From NCBI GenBank assembly GCA_035994965.1, contig DASYKV010000066.1, forward strand, positions 2,328 to 66,327: DNA of 64,000 bases. The letters are read 5' to 3'. Shown here piece by piece: positions 59,543 to 64,000 of the stretch. The stretch comes from Allosphingosinicella sp. (GTDB lineage: Bacteria > Pseudomonadota > Alphaproteobacteria > Sphingomonadales > Sphingomonadaceae). The notes beneath the pieces are model-generated. The model saw only the letters and a program-made list of their open reading frames with translations. It had not been told where the DNA came from and searched no databases. The position numbers and the translations under genes are program-made. The number at the start of each line of letters is the position of its first letter. Position 1 is the stretch's first letter.

Positions 59543-59568
59543 GGGGACAGTTTCTCGAAACTGTCCCC
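59543..59568. repeat. GGGGACAGTT...AACTGTCCCC palindrome
   Basis: ggggacagtttctcgaaactgtcccc. Confidence 0.85.
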
Positions 59569-59577
59569 ATTCACATT

Positions 59578-59850
59578 TCAGGCGGCGTGCTGGGCCGGAT
59601 CGGGGATCATCCGCCGCCGCACCGTCCGAACGATCTGGCTGCCGCCAAGCATCGTCGAGCCCTCGAGCGGCAAAGCGGTCGCGCAGAAGGCGCATTCGGC
59701 CATCATCCGCCCGATATGCCAGTGCGAGCGCCCGCAGCCCGGGCAATGATTGGTCTCATGATCGCGATAGACGATATGGTAGCCGCGCTGCGCGGCCGGG
59801 GGAACGAGGCTGCCGCCGCGGGCCTCGCGCACGTTCATCACCGTCGCCAT
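59578..59850 (-). CDS. Small zinc-ribbon protein
   Basis: CPGC...ECAFC pattern. Confidence 0.75.
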   Translation of the reverse strand: MATVMNVREARGGSLVPPAAQRGYHIVYRDHETNHCPGCGRSHWHIGRMMAECAFCATALPLEGSTMLGGSQIVRTVRRRMIPDPAQHAA

Positions 59851-59983
59851 AGATAAAGTCCTTCCACGCAAATATACTCAAATTGTCGGGATCAACGCCG
59901 CCAGGCCCCGGGAAGTTGCACGGCCCGGCGTGCCCCCGAAACGAAAAAGGGAACTTCGCGGCGCTTCGCGCGCTTGGCGCTGC

Positions 59984-60145
59984 ATGGCTTTCCTGCCCGA
60001 TTCAACGAGATGCGACCGCCGCGATCTCATCCTCGCCCGCGCCGAGGCCAGCCGTCTGCGCCGGATGGAGCAGAAACGCATCCACGAGGCGCAGCTCATG
60101 GTGGCGCGCTTCTTCGGCCTCAGCGAGCGGACGCCCGCACGATGA
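59984..60145 (+). CDS. Small hypothetical protein (53 aa)
   Basis: MAFLPDSTRCDRRDLIL...; ATGA overlap with the next ORF. Confidence 0.45.
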   Translation: MAFLPDSTRCDRRDLILARAEASRLRRMEQKRIHEAQLMVARFFGLSERTPAR

Positions 60146-60480
60146 GGTTGGGCAGGGTCCGCAAGCGCACGCTGCTCGGCGGCGGTGTGGCCCTCTTGGT
60201 CGGAGTGCTGCTGGTCCTCACCCTGATGCCCGATTTCGGCGGCAACCAGGCCCGCGCGCTGGCGCCGGCCGACCTCAACCGGATCGCCACCAAGAACGAC
60301 AATGCCGCAATGAGCGCGGCGGCCCAGCTGCGCGCCCGCTCGGCGGCGACCGCCCGCGCCGCGGATCAGCTGCAGGACGCGCAGGACCGCGGCGCCGCGG
60401 CGGCCGACGCCACCGTCGCCCGCTTCGCCAATGAGGATCCCGGCGCCAACCGGGCCGCCCCGGCGCCGCCCGCGCGCTAA
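60142..60480 (+). CDS. Single-TM, Ala-rich helical hypothetical protein
   Basis: Basic N-terminus, TM helix, then an Ala-rich helix. Confidence 0.6.
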   Translation: MRLGRVRKRTLLGGGVALLVGVLLVLTLMPDFGGNQARALAPADLNRIATKNDNAAMSAAAQLRARSAATARAADQLQDAQDRGAAAADATVARFANEDPGANRAAPAPPAR

Positions 60481-60496
60481 CGCGGATGCGGCTCCG

Positions 60497-61294
60497 TCAG
60501 GCTTCGTCCGGCGGCGGCTTTTGAAGCGGGGACATTTCAATACGTCCTTCAGCGTTTATCGCGAACGTCCATTCGCGCTCATCGGCCGGCCGGAGCGGTT
60601 CTGCGGTCGCTATGGCCGTCTCGAAATCGGTAAGTGAGTCTCTCCCTCTCAGCCACTCGCAAAGCGCTGTCGCATGCGTGGCTTCCATGGCCGCATGAAA
60701 GGCATGGAACTCCTGACGCGTGGCTCCAATAAAGGGGGGCGCAAGCGTCCCCTGAACGATCCGCAGCTTAGCGTAGTGGTCTCGGAAGCCGTCCAGGTAT
60801 CGCTGCGCATTGGCATCGGGCCCGATCGTCATCAGGAGCGCCCTGAGCCTGTCAGTTTCGCATTCAACTTGAGCGAAGCTGCGGATCGGTGGCCGGTCAG
60901 TTATGGTAAGGCGTGCTATCTCTCTCAGTGCTTCCGCTCGGTCCGCGGCAAGAAGGCTGTCCAGAAGATCGGGGCGGGGCGCAGGCGCGCTGGCGGCCTT
61001 GATCTTGTGTTTGGCCAAAATCAGGAGCGCCACCCAGCCTATTGCGAAGACTGCCAGAACGATTCTCATGGAAACGGATTCTGTCACGGCCAGAAACCAT
61101 TGGAACGAAGTCGCACACCATGATTTGACTCCGTCCCAGATAGCCGCTGCAGTCAAGACGACAGGGGCAAGGAAGACGATGATGCTTACGGCCGCGAGAG
61201 GCGGCCCCTTGAGCACGTCGTAGAGTATCCGCCACAACACGCCCACTTCATAACAGATGCGATACGATACGGGAATCGGGGCGGCTAATTTCAA
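60497..61294 (-). CDS. Lower-GC hypothetical membrane protein
   Basis: 265-aa ORF with two N-terminal TM segments and atypical codon usage. Confidence 0.65.
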   Translation of the reverse strand: MKLAAPIPVSYRICYEVGVLWRILYDVLKGPPLAAVSIIVFLAPVVLTAAAIWDGVKSWCATSFQWFLAVTESVSMRIVLAVFAIGWVALLILAKHKIKAASAPAPRPDLLDSLLAADRAEALREIARLTITDRPPIRSFAQVECETDRLRALLMTIGPDANAQRYLDGFRDHYAKLRIVQGTLAPPFIGATRQEFHAFHAAMEATHATALCEWLRGRDSLTDFETAIATAEPLRPADEREWTFAINAEGRIEMSPLQKPPPDEA

Positions 61295-61382
61295 ACTGCG
61301 ACACTAACTCGGGCCCGCGCTTCCCATCGGCCCTGATTCGATTAAGCTTATTCCCGCCGACAGTTGAGACCGGGGGGAAATC

Positions 61383-62288
61383 ATGTCCGCACTCGCATTG
61401 GCGATGATCCTGACCGGCGCGGGCGACGTCGCCCTCGACGACGCGCAGCGGCGCCGGCAACCGGTGTCGCCGCCCCCGGTGATCGTGGTACGGCCTTCGC
61501 CGCCGCCTTTGATGCCGCCCCCTTATTATGCGCCGGCTCCGGCGCCGCCGCCGCCGCCACGGTTCAGCCTGCCGCGGCGGGCGCGCGCGAACCTCAATTA
61601 CTATTTCAGCACCGACGATTACCCCGCCGCCGCCCTGCGCGGCAACGAGCAGGGAACGACCGGCTTCCGCCTCACCATCGGCACCAACGGCCGGGTCACC
61701 GCCTGCATGGTCACCTTGTCCAGCGGCTCCGCCGCGCTCGATCAGGCGACCTGCCGAATTCTGCGCAGCCGCGCCCGCTACATCCCGGCGCGTGATTCCT
61801 ATGGCAATCCGGTGGAGGGCAGCGATTCCGGCCGGGTCACCTGGCGGCTTCCCGCCGACGAGGGGCCGGCCGACCTCAGGGCCGGCATTCCGGTGCCGTT
61901 CGCGCCGGCGGCGGCGCGCGCGCCCTTCGCCTCCTACGTCGCGGCGCGCGACTATCCGGCCGCCGCGCTCAGGGCCGGCGACGAGGGTGCCTCCTATTTG
62001 CGCATCGTCGTCGGCATCACCGGCCGGGTCGTCGCCTGCGACATCAACGAGACCAGCGGCTCGGACGCGCTCGACGCCGCCGCCTGCCGGATCGCGCGCG
62101 CCCGCGCGCGCTACACGCCCGCGCGCGGCCAGGCGGGCGCGTTCGTCTGCGACGTCTTGTTCGAAGAGATCGAATGGCTGCTTCCGCCCCGCCGCCGCGC
62201 GGGCCGCGGGCGCGCCAGCGCCGCAATGATCCCGCCGCCGATCGAAGCGCAGCTCACGCCCGGCATCTGCCCGGGCCGAAGGCCCTGA
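61383..62288 (+). CDS. TonB C-terminal domain protein (2 domains)
   Basis: DDYPAAALRGNEQG...LTIGTNGRVT.C.V..SSGSA.LD.ATC and a second DYPAAAL repeat. Confidence 0.85.
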   Translation: MSALALAMILTGAGDVALDDAQRRRQPVSPPPVIVVRPSPPPLMPPPYYAPAPAPPPPPRFSLPRRARANLNYYFSTDDYPAAALRGNEQGTTGFRLTIGTNGRVTACMVTLSSGSAALDQATCRILRSRARYIPARDSYGNPVEGSDSGRVTWRLPADEGPADLRAGIPVPFAPAAARAPFASYVAARDYPAAALRAGDEGASYLRIVVGITGRVVACDINETSGSDALDAAACRIARARARYTPARGQAGAFVCDVLFEEIEWLLPPRRRAGRGRASAAMIPPPIEAQLTPGICPGRRP

Positions 62289-63526
62289 TGTCGGCGCTTG
62301 CCTTGGCCATGGTGCTGACCGGCGCCGGCGGTCTTTCACGCGACGACGCGCAGCGGCACGGTCCGCCGCCGCCGCCTTATTATGCGACGCCGCCCGTCCC
62401 GCCACCGCCACCGGCGGGCGGGGCGCGGCCGCCCCTGCGCGCGCGGGCGAACCTCAATTCCTATTTCAGCGCGGACGATTATCCGGCGATGGAGGACGGC
62501 AGGCAGGAAGGAACGGTCGTCTTCCGCCTGACCATCGGCACGAACGGGCGGGTGACGGACTGCCGGGTGACCGGCTCGAGCGGTTCGGCCACGCTCGACC
62601 AGACCACCTGCCGAGTCCTGCGTGCCCGCGCGCGCTACACGCCGGCGCGCGATTCCGCCGGCAACCCCACGACCGGCAGTGATTCGGGCCGGGTCACGTG
62701 GCGGCTTCCCGATGAGACCGAAGGGCCCGCCGACAGGAGAGCGGGCATCCCGATACCGTTCGCCTCGGCCGAGCGGCGCGCGCCCCTCCAATCCTACATC
62801 CCCGCGCGCGACAATCCGGCGGGGCCGGGGGACCGCGCGACGGGCATCACCTCCGTGCGCCTCGTGGTCGGCATGACCGGCCGCGTCATCGCCTGCGACG
62901 CCCTCGAGGATCGCGGCGCCACCACGGCCCCGATCGGGGGCCCCGCCGCCTGCCGCGCCGCGCGCGCCCGCGCGCGCTACAAGGCCGCGCGCAGCGAGGC
63001 GGGCGGGTTCGTCTGCGACGTCGCTTTCGAAGACGTCCGCTGGCGGCTCCCGCCTCCCCGCGCCGTGGCGCCGCCACCGATCGCGCAGCAGCTCGCCCCC
63101 GGCGCCTGCCCGGGCCAGGCGAGTCGGGTGCCGCCGCCCCCGCCCACGGCGGTCATGCCGGTGCCGCCGCCCGTTCCTTATCCGATTCCCGTATCGCCGC
63201 CGCCATTCCCTCCGCCGCCGCCGATGGGGATCCCGCCGCAGCGCGTCCGCCCGAACCTGGGCGAATATTTCAGCGTCGACGATTATCCCCCCGCGGCGTT
63301 GCGCGCCCAGCAGGAGGGCATGGTTGGCTTTCGGCTGACCGTCGGCCGCGACGGGCGCGTGTCGCGCTGCAGGGCGACCTCGACGAGCGGCTCTGTGGCG
63401 CTCGACCGGGCGACCTGCGCGATCCTGCGCAGGCGGGCCCGCTACTGGCCGGCGCGCGACGCGGGCGGCCGGCCCACGCGCGGCACCGACGCCGGCCGCA
63501 TCAGCTGGCGCCTGCCGGCGGACTGA
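62288..63526 (+). CDS. TonB C-terminal domain protein (3 domains), paralogue of the upstream gene
   Basis: Same N-terminus MSALALAM.LTGAG; three TonB_C-like repeats with Pro linkers. Confidence 0.85.
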   Translation: MSALALAMVLTGAGGLSRDDAQRHGPPPPPYYATPPVPPPPPAGGARPPLRARANLNSYFSADDYPAMEDGRQEGTVVFRLTIGTNGRVTDCRVTGSSGSATLDQTTCRVLRARARYTPARDSAGNPTTGSDSGRVTWRLPDETEGPADRRAGIPIPFASAERRAPLQSYIPARDNPAGPGDRATGITSVRLVVGMTGRVIACDALEDRGATTAPIGGPAACRAARARARYKAARSEAGGFVCDVAFEDVRWRLPPPRAVAPPPIAQQLAPGACPGQASRVPPPPPTAVMPVPPPVPYPIPVSPPPFPPPPPMGIPPQRVRPNLGEYFSVDDYPPAALRAQQEGMVGFRLTVGRDGRVSRCRATSTSGSVALDRATCAILRRRARYWPARDAGGRPTRGTDAGRISWRLPAD

Positions 63527-63532
63527 CCGCGC

Positions 63533-63718
63533 CTAATGCCCGCCGTCGCTGTCGTTCGCCGCCTCGCCGCCGCCGCTCTTGCCGGCCGGCTGCACGAGAT
63601 CGTGATCCGTCCCGGGCGCGCCCCGCCCCTGGCCGGCCTGCGCCTCCCCCGTCGGCCCGCCGCTCCCCGCCACCTGCGTCACGAACGAGCGGGGGCTGAC
63701 CTTGCGTGTGGGTTTCAT
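63533..63718 (-). CDS. Small low-complexity hypothetical protein
   Basis: 61-aa ORF preceded by CAGGAG. Confidence 0.4.
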   Translation of the reverse strand: MKPTRKVSPRSFVTQVAGSGGPTGEAQAGQGRGAPGTDHDLVQPAGKSGGGEAANDSDGGH

Positions 63719-63858
63719 TGCTGGGCGTCTCCTGTGGCGCGGCGAGTTTCTATCGGTTGGCGAGGTTGCGCAAGGGGGTTGGGGCGGCCGCTTGAGCGCG
63801 AAGACCCGTTCAACGCGCGGTTCATGCTGCTATAAGAGCCCGGACCTGCCAGGCCAAT

Positions 63859-63909
63859 GGCAGTCACATCCTTGAACTCCAGGGACCGTGCTTTGCACGG
63901 GTGACTGTT
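63859..63909 (+). ncRNA. Unclassified structured RNA or leader (three-way junction)
   Basis: ggcagtcac/gtgactgtt outer stem enclosing two hairpins; promoter-like TTCAAC-N16-TATAAG upstream. Confidence 0.35.
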
Positions 63910-64000
63910 ATGGCTTCGAACCTAGACTCCTTCAGCGGCCTGCTGTCGTCCTTCTCGCAGTTTCTTATCGCAATCAGCTTGTTAAGGCTGACGAGTCATC

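Noticed and set aside
63836-64000. 6S RNA, SRP RNA or tmRNA
   Set aside because: It lacks the SRP GGAAG-AGCAG loop, the long 6S duplex with its zapA/ygfA context, and tRNA-like ends.

Overview
High-GC alphaproteobacterial chromosome segment, most likely Sphingomonadales. This is inferred from gene style, gene content and repeat families, not from a database search. The backbone is housekeeping: sdhCD, prmA, ligA, recN, bamD, yajC-secD-secF, tRNA-Pro(GGG), hslV/hslU, LD-carboxypeptidase with a Mur ligase, a LytS/LytTR pair, pirin/azoR/LysR, xth and a cyclophilin. Accessory genes are scattered through it, and at least four families of REP-like palindromes fill the intergenic space. No integrase, transposase, CRISPR array or rRNA was seen. 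The most notable locus is at about 50.6-54.1 kb. It holds a signal-less trypsin-like protease fused to a NucA/EndoG-type nuclease, downstream of a standalone WYL-like gene. Divergent from these is an AraC regulator, followed by an unannotated 30-aa, 7-Cys metallothionein-like micropeptide. Other oddities are an AmpR-like regulator with a Tat-lipoprotein D-amino-acid oxidase splitting hslVU, a membrane-anchored TIR protein, an orphan phage tailspike, a lysis-cassette remnant, a membrane-fused DyP peroxidase, and an AT-rich ORF wedged between recN and ligA. Family assignments come from motif recognition by eye.
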